From: an uncultured Gammaproteobacteria bacterium
GTDB taxonomy: Bacteria; Patescibacteriota; Microgenomatia; UBA10105; UBA927
Assembly (NCBI GenBank): GCA_964527425.1
Contig: CAZGOA010000003.1
Span: forward strand, 97,048 to 161,047
DNA length: 64,000 nucleotides
Direction: 5' to 3'
The position numbers and the translations under genes were made by a program. Below the pieces are notes generated by a model. It worked only from the letters and a program-made list of their open reading frames with translations. It did no database searches and had not been told where the DNA came from. Positions within the stretch are counted from its first letter, which is position 1; each line of letters starts with the position of its first letter. This document shows, in pieces, positions 40,527-49,844 of the stretch.

Positions 40527-41093
40527 TTGACAAGTTCCGAGTTCAATTCATATAGTGATAAACATATGGAAGAAACAACACCAACACCTCAACCACAAAA
40601 AAAAGATAATGCCATTATTTTTTATATTCTTGGCGGACTTATTATAACAGCGATTATTGTTGCAGGTTTTATCTTAATGCCGAAGGGAACAAGTGAAACA
40701 CCACAACAACCAGTATTAGGAGAAACTGTAGTTGTTCCAACAGCAGCGCCAACTGCACCAGGTCCAATTACTGCTCTCTCATGTACAGACCAGTTTTATA
40801 ACACTGTAAATGGTGTTCCAGAGAACTATTACCTGACAACAGCAGGTGAATCACCAACTGCAGCTGGACAAGTTACCTGTACGTTAACTGCAACCTTAGC
40901 AAATAATGAAGTATTAGCAACTCAAGTAGTTACACCGACAATGAGTGCAAATACAGAAAGAGGCGGTAATACATTTAGATGTACCACTCAAGGTCTAAAA
41001 CTGAGAGCAAATGTTCCTGTTAAAGTAACGACAGAATTGCGAGATGCAAACGGAAACGTTTCAAACTGCAATAGAACTTTCTTATTACCTTAA
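40527..41093 (+). CDS. Membrane-anchored secreted Thr/Pro-rich hypothetical protein
   Basis: N-terminal TM helix, T/P/A-rich linker, Cys-containing C-terminal domain; followed by a strong terminator. Confidence 0.5.
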   Translation: MTSSEFNSYSDKHMEETTPTPQPQKKDNAIIFYILGGLIITAIIVAGFILMPKGTSETPQQPVLGETVVVPTAAPTAPGPITALSCTDQFYNTVNGVPENYYLTTAGESPTAAGQVTCTLTATLANNEVLATQVVTPTMSANTERGGNTFRCTTQGLKLRANVPVKVTTELRDANGNVSNCNRTFLLP

Positions 41094-41110
41094 TTGAGAC
41101 ACTGTTTAAA

Positions 41111-41140
41111 GGCCGTTGGAAAAGCCAGCGGCCTTTTTTT
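41111..41140 (+). terminator. Rho-independent terminator
   Basis: GGCCGTTGG-aaaag-CCAGCGGCC 9-bp stem followed by TTTTTTT. Confidence 0.65.
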
Positions 41141-41184
41141 GTGGTTGATGATATTATTAACCCTTTGTTACAATCATTATCTAC

Positions 41185-41256
41185 GCCTAGGTAGTTCAGT
41201 GGTAGAACATTTTCTTGGTAAGAAAAAGGTCGCGGGTCCGATTCCCGCCCTAGGCT
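41185..41256 (+). tRNA. tRNA-Thr (anticodon GGU)
   Basis: Acceptor GCCTAGG/CCTAGGC, D-arm GTTC/GAAC, anticodon stem TTTTC/GAAAA loop TTGGTAA, T-arm GCGGG-TCCGATT-CCCGC. Confidence 0.8.
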
Positions 41257-41280
41257 CCCATGGTATACTAAATTATTACT

Positions 41281-42114
41281 ATGAATAGTATTCTGTCCCT
41301 ATTTAGTTTTTTTATTTTGGCTGCCGAGACGATTATTTCTCCGCTTTCATTATATGCTGTTAATAAACCACTTAAGACATTCGGCATGATAAGTGAATCC
41401 GTTAATATCCTTGGAATATCAGATTCAGATACTCCCTCCGACAATAAGCCAACTAAAAAGGTAAAGATAGCGCTTCTGGGTGATTCTATGATTGATACTC
41501 TCGGACCTGATTTTCCTGCATTAAAACAAATACTCAAAGATACTTTTCCTCATGTTGAGGCAGATATTCTTAATTATGGAGCTGGTGGAACAAATATCGA
41601 TTACGGCATAGAGCGCATTACTTCTGACTATGAATATTTAGGTAATAGAATTTCATCATTAGCATCACAACAGCCAGATATCGTTATCATTGAATCATTC
41701 GGATATAATCCATATCCCTTTGATGCTGGAGCTCTTGATACCCATTGGCTGGCTTTAGCCAAAGCAGTTGATACAGTTAAGCAAACTATTCCTAGCGCAA
41801 AAATAATTATTGCCGCAACGATAGCCCCAAATGAAACAACCTTTACACAAGGTGCTTTAGGACTGAATTTCACTCCTGAAGAACGCAAGACAAAGACAAC
41901 TATTATCAAATCTTATTTAGAATCTACTATACGATTTGCAAATGGCGAAAAACTGCCTTTAGCTGATGCGTATACTGCAAGTCTTACGAATACAGGAACC
42001 GGAAATACCGTTTTTATCAATCCAGGAGATAATATTCATCCCTCTGATGAAGGGAAAATGCTGTTTGCCCAAGCGATACTGGCTACAATACAACACTATA
42101 CAATGATAGAATAA
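41281..42114 (+). CDS. SGNH/GDSL-family hydrolase (secreted)
   Basis: Signal/TM N-terminus; block I IALLGDSMIDT (GDS), block V NIHPSDEG (DxxH). Confidence 0.7.
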   Translation: MNSILSLFSFFILAAETIISPLSLYAVNKPLKTFGMISESVNILGISDSDTPSDNKPTKKVKIALLGDSMIDTLGPDFPALKQILKDTFPHVEADILNYGAGGTNIDYGIERITSDYEYLGNRISSLASQQPDIVIIESFGYNPYPFDAGALDTHWLALAKAVDTVKQTIPSAKIIIAATIAPNETTFTQGALGLNFTPEERKTKTTIIKSYLESTIRFANGEKLPLADAYTASLTNTGTGNTVFINPGDNIHPSDEGKMLFAQAILATIQHYTMIE

Positions 42115-42232
42115 GAACCACAGAACGCTCCCTCTTGGAGAGTTTTCTTATTTAGGGTATAATCACTCTATTGTTGAAGAATTTGGATAAGTACTAAATA
42201 TCTATTTTTTCACCAATCCAAAAAATGTATTT

Positions 42233-42406
42233 ATGGCAAAAAAAGAACAACGCATATTAGTTGCACTTATCTGTACAGTCTGTAAAAGTCAAAATTACTT
42301 AACAGAACGCAGTAAACTGAATACACCAGAAAAATTAAAACTAGTGAAATACTGCAAAAAATGCTTAAAGCATACAGAACATAAAGAATCAAATAAACTA
42401 GACTAA
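42233..42406 (+). CDS. rpmG: 50S ribosomal protein L33 (57 aa; below ORF-track size cutoff)
   Basis: Hand translation: MAKKEQRILVALICTVCKSQNYLTERSKLNTPEKLKLVKYCKKCLKHTEHKESNKLD. This gives the L33 zinc-ribbon pattern C-x2-C...C-x2-C. Confidence 0.8.
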   Translation: MAKKEQRILVALICTVCKSQNYLTERSKLNTPEKLKLVKYCKKCLKHTEHKESNKLD

Positions 42407-42459
42407 TTCCCCTGTTTTAAATTAGTTCATTTTTCCTTTGTACTTGTTATACTGAGAGT

Positions 42460-42969
42460 ATGCATCGGAATACGTTTTATTTCATTGTTATCTTAGGAAT
42501 TTTTGCCGCAATCGTTGTAGGCGTAAACATTGGAAGAAGTGCTTTACCCAATACTAACCAAACGCAAACGACTACACCAACACAAGCACTTACTACTCCA
42601 ACTCCCGAACTTGTTATGTACCAAAGTAAGCAATGCGGAATTTCTTTTTCCTACCCTGATAAATTCAATAAAATAGATATTGAGACAGGTGGAGCGACAC
42701 TAGTGAATAAAGAAAACACTAATGAATCAATAATCTTAGTTTGCCAGAAAGATATTCCCAGAATTCCATTAACAGATGACAAAATTGAGCAAAGAGCTAT
42801 TGGCACTGTCTCTGCATTTCTTTATCACGATACCTCACAAAAAGATGGAACACCACTAGATAAACTTATTTTTACACATCCAGCGTTAAAAAAAGATGTT
42901 TACATTGCTGGATATGGAGAAACATTTAATAATATTATTTCATCCTTATCGTTATATTCCTCATTATAG
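42460..42969 (+). CDS. Membrane-anchored secreted hypothetical protein
   Basis: N-terminal TM helix, T/Q-rich linker, 2 Cys. Confidence 0.45.
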   Translation: MHRNTFYFIVILGIFAAIVVGVNIGRSALPNTNQTQTTTPTQALTTPTPELVMYQSKQCGISFSYPDKFNKIDIETGGATLVNKENTNESIILVCQKDIPRIPLTDDKIEQRAIGTVSAFLYHDTSQKDGTPLDKLIFTHPALKKDVYIAGYGETFNNIISSLSLYSSL

Positions 42970-43479
42970 TTCAACATTCTCGTCTGGAATAAACTTTAAC
43001 GCGGTCGCATTTATACAGTATCGCTTTCCAGTTGGCTCTGGTCCATCATCAAACAGATGTCCTAAATGTCCACCACATTTTCTACCAATTACTTCAATGC
43101 GCTTTACACCTAAACTATAGTCTTCTCGTAATACTATAGCGTTCTCGTCTATTGGCGCCCAAAAACTTGGCCATCCTGTACCAGAATCATATTTTTGTTC
43201 TGAGCGAAATACAGGCTCATTACAATCAGCAGTAACATATGTCCCACTTTCATGATTAGTTAACATTTCTGGATGACTAAAAGGCTTTTCTGTTCCTTTT
43301 TCTCTGAGGATGTAATATTGTTCTTGCGTGAGTAGTTCCTTCCATTCTTTATCTGTTTTTAGAATCTCTGCTGTATACTCATCTGTTTTTATCTCAATCT
43401 GATTATATTGTTGTAACAATATAAATCCTAACGCAGAGAATATACCCATGACCGATAATACGAGAACAAGACGTTTCAT
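42964..43479 (-). CDS. msrB: Peptide-methionine (R)-S-oxide reductase MsrB with N-terminal signal/anchor (extracytoplasmic)
   Basis: MsrB motifs GTGWPSF, GGHLGHLFDDGPEPTGKRYCINATAL; N-terminal hydrophobic MKRLVLVLSVMGIFSALGFILL. Confidence 0.85.
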   Translation of the reverse strand: MKRLVLVLSVMGIFSALGFILLQQYNQIEIKTDEYTAEILKTDKEWKELLTQEQYYILREKGTEKPFSHPEMLTNHESGTYVTADCNEPVFRSEQKYDSGTGWPSFWAPIDENAIVLREDYSLGVKRIEVIGRKCGGHLGHLFDDGPEPTGKRYCINATALKFIPDENVEL

Positions 43480-43618
43480 GGTGTCATGATAACAGATAAG
43501 TTTTAAGAATACTAAATAGACCCAATGATACCCTATATGAACACTAATATTCCTCAGATGTTATCCCTATAAAATACTGATATAATTAACTAATCATTCT
43601 AAAAAAATTAAGTTCTAT

Positions 43619-43692
43619 AGGGCTGTCGTTCAATGGTAGGACAGCGGTCTCCAAAACCGCCAATGCGGGTTCGATTCCCTCCAGCCCTGCCA
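43619..43692 (+). tRNA. tRNA-Trp (anticodon CCA), CCA encoded
   Basis: Acceptor AGGGCTG/CAGCCCT, anticodon stem GCGGT/ACCGC loop CTCCAAA, T-arm GCGGG-TTCGATT-CCCTC (one C-U mismatch). Confidence 0.8.
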
Positions 43693-43960
43693 GCTAAACG
43701 GCTATTTATGGCATAAAATAGCCTTAATATTGCACAAACAATACGCCTAATGATCACACCTGAGTTAGTAGATTAATTTAGATACATATTCAAATTAAAA
43801 GCGGTCTCCACAATCGCTCGGTACTTCGAAGCAGTTTTTGTATTATCTACATCTGGGATAAATAAAAAAATAAAAAATATTGTTGTAACAATCCCACTAA
43901 GACCCGAGGTTGAACATTTACTCCATTTTTAAACCTTAGCATACTTGATACACTGCGAAT

Positions 43961-44476
43961 ATGCCTAAAGTAATACTGTATATCGCACAAAGCCTTGATG
44001 GATATATTGCAACAAAAGACGGAAGCATCTCCTGGCTTGACTCGTACAATACGATCGACTATGGATACAATCAATTCCTCAAGTCAATAGATATCATCGT
44101 CATGGGCTCAATAACCTACGAACAGGTGCTTTCCTTCGGTAATTACCCGTATAACGATAAAATTTCGTATATTCATACGAAACGTCCAATGAACAAACCG
44201 CAAAACGCAGATATTACATTTATGCCAACTTTTTCAAAAAAACTCTATGAAGATCTTGATCCCAATAAAACCGTTTGGATTGTCGGTGGAGCTCATATAA
44301 TCCAAACCTTCATGCAACATAATCTGGTAACCGACTATCAGATTTTCACAATGCCAGTCATTCTTGGGTCCGGTATACCACTTTTTCTTGAAACTAAACC
44401 ACAACATCTTATTGCCCAAACGTCTCAAAAATATAAGAATGGAGTTATACTGACAACTTATACGGTGCATCAATAA
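43961..44476 (+). CDS. Dihydrofolate reductase-like protein (RibD C-terminal domain family)
   Basis: MPKVILYIAQSLDGYIATKDGSISWL...IVMGSITYE...VWIVGGA pattern of the RibD_C/DHFR-like fold. Confidence 0.7.
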   Translation: MPKVILYIAQSLDGYIATKDGSISWLDSYNTIDYGYNQFLKSIDIIVMGSITYEQVLSFGNYPYNDKISYIHTKRPMNKPQNADITFMPTFSKKLYEDLDPNKTVWIVGGAHIIQTFMQHNLVTDYQIFTMPVILGSGIPLFLETKPQHLIAQTSQKYKNGVILTTYTVHQ

Positions 44477-44610
44477 AATCAGTTTGATAACACAATTTAA
44501 AGTAATTTAATAAGCCCTCTACATAGCCTAAAAACGTAATAATAACAGTATATAAATATCCTTCTGTAATACCCAGTGAGACATAGTCCTATAGTATATT
44601 TACGAAAACT

Positions 44611-45357
44611 ATGGTATACTTTTATTTCATATTCTTAATGACTATGGAACAATCTACATACACATATTCTGATCTTGTCGGATCAGTGAAAAAAGCTTAT
44701 GCAGATGCAGACCTATTTTGTGATCGCAACAAATTAGGATTTGTTGATAGCATCACCCACATTAGTCCAGGATCGTTTTTAAGTCGTACTCTCGATCAGT
44801 ACAATGACTTGCTCTGTGGGAATACAAGAGAAACACTGGAAGACATTATTGACAACTTACCAACAAGGAACATTAAAGTATTAGACATCGGCGGAGGGGC
44901 TGGATATGCACTCATGAAATTAAAAGTACTATTCCCCCATATTGAACCGCATCTTTCTGATGAACGGAATACACCTCTGAATATAGTTGATGGGAATGGT
45001 CTACAACTTGGTAAGTTACATGGGCAGCATCACGTAATTTTCCATCATCTGCATCACTTAAAACTGTTTAGAAATAGAGAATTACATAAACAGTTTATGC
45101 TCATCACAAGTGTATTTAGTGCTTATGATGATACAAACGGACCTTTGTGGCCATTTTTTCTTAAAAGACTTCCCCGCCTTCTTGCTCCAGGAGGCAAAGC
45201 GTTAGTCTTTAATGGTATTTCTCCAACATTACACAAAACAACTGAAGCCATGCTAAAAAACTGGGGTATGCACTACGAATTTCATGAGTGTACATCTTTT
45301 GAACCTCATGAATCACAAAGAGGGAAAAAATTTGGTACCACCATAATCTATGCTTAA
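44611..45357 (+). CDS. Class I SAM-dependent methyltransferase (putative)
   Basis: Motif I VLDIGGGAGY and post-II LAPGGKALVF. Confidence 0.5.
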   Translation: MVYFYFIFLMTMEQSTYTYSDLVGSVKKAYADADLFCDRNKLGFVDSITHISPGSFLSRTLDQYNDLLCGNTRETLEDIIDNLPTRNIKVLDIGGGAGYALMKLKVLFPHIEPHLSDERNTPLNIVDGNGLQLGKLHGQHHVIFHHLHHLKLFRNRELHKQFMLITSVFSAYDDTNGPLWPFFLKRLPRLLAPGGKALVFNGISPTLHKTTEAMLKNWGMHYEFHECTSFEPHESQRGKKFGTTIIYA

Positions 45358-45609
45358 GTGTTGATTATGTGAACCAATTAATATAACGTTAGATGCCTTA
45401 CAATTATATTTTTTCGTACAGGTATTTTTACACTTCCTTTGACTCACTGACCAAATGAATTAACTAATTAGATAAGCTATTTTAAAAACTAATTATATCC
45501 ATATTAAACGCGTTAATAACTTTGCTTAATGGTATTTGAATAGGGTTATTGAGGTAAGCACAAAAATTTGACATCAGCACTATCACTTTATAGACTAAAA
45601 TAAACAATT

Positions 45610-46140
45610 GTGAAAAAATCTGCCCCAAAAAAATTTAAAACCAGTAATAAAATACTATTACTTTTTTCATTTATTGCATCTGTATTTATTTTTAGTGTAT
45701 TTTTCTTAGCTAATTCAAAACATTCTTTAGATGTCTTAAGTTTTGCAACTGATAATTCCTTTTCATTAAATGCACCGGTTCCTTCAAAATATATTACTCC
45801 AACCAGAACTTTTGGTACACCTACACCAACACCCTCATACTGTATTGATGGAGTAAATACCATTCAATACAGCACCCCTTGTGGGAAAAATAATTTTAGA
45901 TACATTAACTATACATGTGAAAATAAACAATCATTTAAACAAGGATCGAAAACTTCTTGTAAACCGGTAAATGTATGGCTAGTCTATGCACAACAGGATT
46001 GCAAAGTGTGTTCACTTAGTCCAACTCCTAATCAAACAATTACACCAAGTACAGCACCAACAGTGACTCCTACTGCAACTCCAAAAATTACCCCTACATC
46101 TACACCTACTAGCTCTATATACAAATTTTTTAGTCGATAA
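45610..46140 (+). CDS. Secreted Cys-rich protein with Thr/Pro-rich tail
   Basis: Signal-anchor, 8 Cys in central domain, C-terminal TPTPTPS/TPSTAPTVTPTATPKITPTSTPT repeats. Confidence 0.5.
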   Translation: MKKSAPKKFKTSNKILLLFSFIASVFIFSVFFLANSKHSLDVLSFATDNSFSLNAPVPSKYITPTRTFGTPTPTPSYCIDGVNTIQYSTPCGKNNFRYINYTCENKQSFKQGSKTSCKPVNVWLVYAQQDCKVCSLSPTPNQTITPSTAPTVTPTATPKITPTSTPTSSIYKFFSR

Positions 46141-46471
46141 GAGTTGTAAATCTGCATACATCTTGTTTTTTTATACTAAATTTAGAACAATAATTATGTA
46201 TGGAATTGAATAACACTATTGAGCCTGAAATTCCCTCACAAATCCTGTTCAAAATTCAATTCCAGAATATCCAACTAATAATCTTAGAACTCTCCTACCG
46301 GCTATTTTAGGCGTCTTAATTCTCTTATTCATCGTCTCAGGTGGTGCATATTATTTAGGAACACAAAAAAATTGCTCAACGAATCAAACTCTAAATAACA
46401 ACACTATTGCATCTGTACAACCTGCTCTAACTCAAACCGATTCAAACCTTGATCCAAGTTCTGCTAACAGT

Positions 46472-46936
46472 ATGAATGATGTAAATGTATATAAACATCC
46501 CAAAGCATTTTACACTTTAGAATATCCTGTAAACTGGAACGGCTCGACCGAACCAATACCATCAGAAGTAAAGCAAGAATATGAGGATTATAATATCCGA
46601 AGTAGTGACTATCAGTTATCTGAAGGCTATCCTATATTAGAAAAGGGAGTTGAGATTTTAATAAGAGTAGAAAACTCAAATGAAAAAACAATTGACGAGG
46701 TTTTTAACAAAGACCCATTAGCTCCACAAATAGCCCAGAACAAAATAAAAACTACAGTGGATGGCCAAGAAGCGATTCAGTATGATTATAGTTATGAAGG
46801 ACAGAATGCTACAATAACAGTCTTTCTTAACAATGGCAAATACTATTCGTTAAAATATCGGTATGCAAATAACGCAGATATGCAATCAGAGTTGAATACC
46901 TATCTTAATCTCCTGAAATCTTTCAAAACTGAATAA
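46472..46936 (+). CDS. hypothetical protein; true N-terminus probably upstream (see findings)
   Basis: In-frame TM-encoding sequence 46229-46471 without start codon; ATG at 46200 in another frame. Confidence 0.45.
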   Translation: MNDVNVYKHPKAFYTLEYPVNWNGSTEPIPSEVKQEYEDYNIRSSDYQLSEGYPILEKGVEILIRVENSNEKTIDEVFNKDPLAPQIAQNKIKTTVDGQEAIQYDYSYEGQNATITVFLNNGKYYSLKYRYANNADMQSELNTYLNLLKSFKTE

Positions 46937-47072
46937 TTTACTAGTTAATCTTAAATGCCAAATAAACATACACTTACAACATTCATATACTAGTCTATTG
47001 CGTAAGAATTCTTAAAGCTATATCCATCAACCTGAATTATCTGACCAATTCGTAAAAATCCTGATACAATAG

Positions 47073-48692
47073 TTGTTAGAATTTATAGTTATGCGTTTGA
47101 AACTCTTTTTAATATTTTTTCTTGCGTTAATCTTACGGACTATATGGCTATCAACTCTGCCCAATGGTGTATTTACAGATGAAGTAGTTAGTGGGTATGT
47201 AGGGAGATTTATTTTGGAACATGGTAAGGATATTTATGGGAACACTCTCCCTCTACTTTACTTTGATAAATTTGGTGATTATCGAGTAATTCTTCCTATG
47301 TATCTAAAAGGAGCAGCAACATACATCTTTGGAACGACTGTCTTTGCATTACGGATTGTTCCAGCTGTATTTGGTGCCTTGGCTGTTATTCCTCTCTTTT
47401 ATGTTGTTTATTCTTTAACTAAAAAAGAATCCATAGCTTATCTTTCATCATTCTTTCTAGCTATAACCCCCTGGCATATTCTCTTATCGCGTGCAGAATC
47501 AGAAGGTATTATGGGATTAACACTTTTTCTCTTTGCTATGTACCTTTTTTTGCAGCCTTCTTCTAAAAAAATCTATCTTGGTGGCATACTTTTTTTCTTA
47601 ACATATTTTTTCTACCCTGCTTTTCGACTTACAAGCCCGCTAATTGCATGGCTTTTTTTTCTGTATCCAACAGAAACTAGCAACAAAAAACCGCAAATAG
47701 TTGTTGCAATACTTCTTACGATCATTACGGTTCTAATTATACAAACTCCATTTGGTGGAGGTAGATTTAATCAAACTTCTTTTTTTGCAAATAAAGATAT
47801 TGCAGAAAATATCAATGCAATAAATAGTAACTATGCTCAAGCGCATGGACCCGGAAATGCACGAATAGCATATTTATTTCATAACAGAATAACGGCTTAT
47901 GCCCGGGAATTTATTATTAATTCAGCAACATATGTTTCTCCCCAATTTTTATTCTTATACGGTGGGAAACCTGAGCGATATAGTGTTCCATCATTCGGGC
48001 TTTTACCAATCTTGTTTGGATTCTTTATGTTATGGGGGTTACTAGAAGGTAAAAAGTACAAAAAAATTAATATACTTTTATTTGCTTTTTCCATTATAAG
48101 TATACTCCCCGCTTCTCTCACTGCAGATGACATTCCGAATATCCATAGAAGTCTTCTGCTGAGTATCCCCTTAATACTATTTGCTGCAATAGGATTTAAC
48201 CTGCTCATTCAGCAAAAAAGTATACTTATGAAATCAATTACTATTCTAAGTCTTGTGCTGTTAATTGTAGAACTAATACTCTTTTGGCATCATTATCTGT
48301 ATCTTTCTCCATCGTATAAAAGTGTCTTGAGAGGTGATGGCCTATGGCAGGGAGCTCAAAGACTCATAGAGCTAAAACCCAACTATGAACATATTTACTC
48401 AACGACATTTGAAGATTTTCCTATCTATGTACTTTATCAGATGAACCGATTCGATAGTCATTTTGCAGGAAAATTTACCCATGGTTCATTATATATACCA
48501 CAGCTTGATACTATTACGTTTATTCCCCACCCCTGTCCACAACCTGATGATATAGAAATAAAGGGTGCTACACTACTTGTGGTAAATGGTGACTGCGAAA
48601 TGAAGTTACATGAACATGATAGAAAGTTAGAAACGATTTACAGGAAAGATCAAACTCAAGCTCTGCATTTTATTGAAGTAACGAATCAATAA
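47073..48692 (+). CDS. GT-C glycosyltransferase family 39 (PMT/ArnT-like) membrane protein
   Basis: First-loop acidic motif VFTDEVVSGYVGR, ~11 TM, C-terminal soluble domain. Confidence 0.65.
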   Translation: MLEFIVMRLKLFLIFFLALILRTIWLSTLPNGVFTDEVVSGYVGRFILEHGKDIYGNTLPLLYFDKFGDYRVILPMYLKGAATYIFGTTVFALRIVPAVFGALAVIPLFYVVYSLTKKESIAYLSSFFLAITPWHILLSRAESEGIMGLTLFLFAMYLFLQPSSKKIYLGGILFFLTYFFYPAFRLTSPLIAWLFFLYPTETSNKKPQIVVAILLTIITVLIIQTPFGGGRFNQTSFFANKDIAENINAINSNYAQAHGPGNARIAYLFHNRITAYAREFIINSATYVSPQFLFLYGGKPERYSVPSFGLLPILFGFFMLWGLLEGKKYKKINILLFAFSIISILPASLTADDIPNIHRSLLLSIPLILFAAIGFNLLIQQKSILMKSITILSLVLLIVELILFWHHYLYLSPSYKSVLRGDGLWQGAQRLIELKPNYEHIYSTTFEDFPIYVLYQMNRFDSHFAGKFTHGSLYIPQLDTITFIPHPCPQPDDIEIKGATLLVVNGDCEMKLHEHDRKLETIYRKDQTQALHFIEVTNQ

Positions 48693-48693
48693 A

Positions 48694-49668
48694 TCACCTT
48701 CTTGATTCTAAATGAGAAAGAAGATCGTGGAAATTGCAGGTAGCCAGACAGCATCCCTGATCACCGCTTCCATAATAAACATAGAGCTTTTCTTCTACGA
48801 TAACTGCTCCTTCAGGAAAGGTGACATTATTTACTACCCCTGATTTTTCTGCTTCTGTTTCTGGATGTAATAATGGATGTTCTGTAACGGCTAATACTTT
48901 ATGTGGATTATGCAAATCTAATAATGCAGCATTAATCGTCCATTCAGGATGATGAGCTTTATTAGCCGGACAATAAATAAATACCCACCCAAGATCCGTT
49001 TTTATTGGAACAGCACCAACCTCAGCGCCTCTGAATACTGACTCTGGTGGCTTAAATACTACATTCTTTTCGTATTCATCAATATTCTGTGCCATAAAGG
49101 CAGATGGAGGTCTTTTTACTTCTTCAATATCGTCAAATTTTGCATGCATAATTGAGGATAATGGACTGTCAGCCATCCATGTATACAACATATGATAATG
49201 TCCATGAATTTTTTCAGGAAACAACACTGCAGCTTTTGAAGTCGTATGACGAGGACCAACAATTCCATGTTTTTTCCAGTGTTTAAAATCTTTACTCGTA
49301 GCCAGAGCAATACGCACTTCCCACTTTTCCCAAGTGCCCCCAACTGCCGTATAAAACATAAAATATTCATCATCGATTTTTGTCACTCGGGGATCTTCAC
49401 AACCCAAGATACTCTCATAGTCTTTATCGGGAGAAATAAGAGGCTCATCATGCCGTACAAAATGAATACCATCAGTACTTTCCGCATAGCCAATACTTGA
49501 CATATAGCCACCTTGTTCGTAATTTTTAATGTCATTTGTAGCCCTATAAACCAATCGAAACACGCCATCTTCATACAATACACTCGGATTAAATACAGAC
49601 CCTGCCTCCCAAACACGATCAGGATTCTTTTGCAGAATTGGGTTCTCAGGATGACGATCAAGATGCAT
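48694..49668 (-). CDS. Glycoside hydrolase family 130-like (beta-mannoside phosphorylase/DUF377 beta-propeller)
   Basis: NPIL...WEAGSVFNPSV...YRA, GCEDPRV hallmark block, TSKDFKHWKKHG. Confidence 0.6.
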   Translation of the reverse strand: MHLDRHPENPILQKNPDRVWEAGSVFNPSVLYEDGVFRLVYRATNDIKNYEQGGYMSSIGYAESTDGIHFVRHDEPLISPDKDYESILGCEDPRVTKIDDEYFMFYTAVGGTWEKWEVRIALATSKDFKHWKKHGIVGPRHTTSKAAVLFPEKIHGHYHMLYTWMADSPLSSIMHAKFDDIEEVKRPPSAFMAQNIDEYEKNVVFKPPESVFRGAEVGAVPIKTDLGWVFIYCPANKAHHPEWTINAALLDLHNPHKVLAVTEHPLLHPETEAEKSGVVNNVTFPEGAVIVEEKLYVYYGSGDQGCCLATCNFHDLLSHLESRR

Positions 49669-49844
49669 AATTTTAGTATAGCATTAGTTTACTTTTCTAT
49701 TTCTGCATACTAACCACTATCATACATAAGAAATCTATGATTCATACAGCTGGAACCAAGAGCAATATATACTATCTATGAATTTGCACTTAGAAAATAA
49801 CAATTGTTTTAACCTATTGTATTCAGGTATAGTAACAGAATAGT

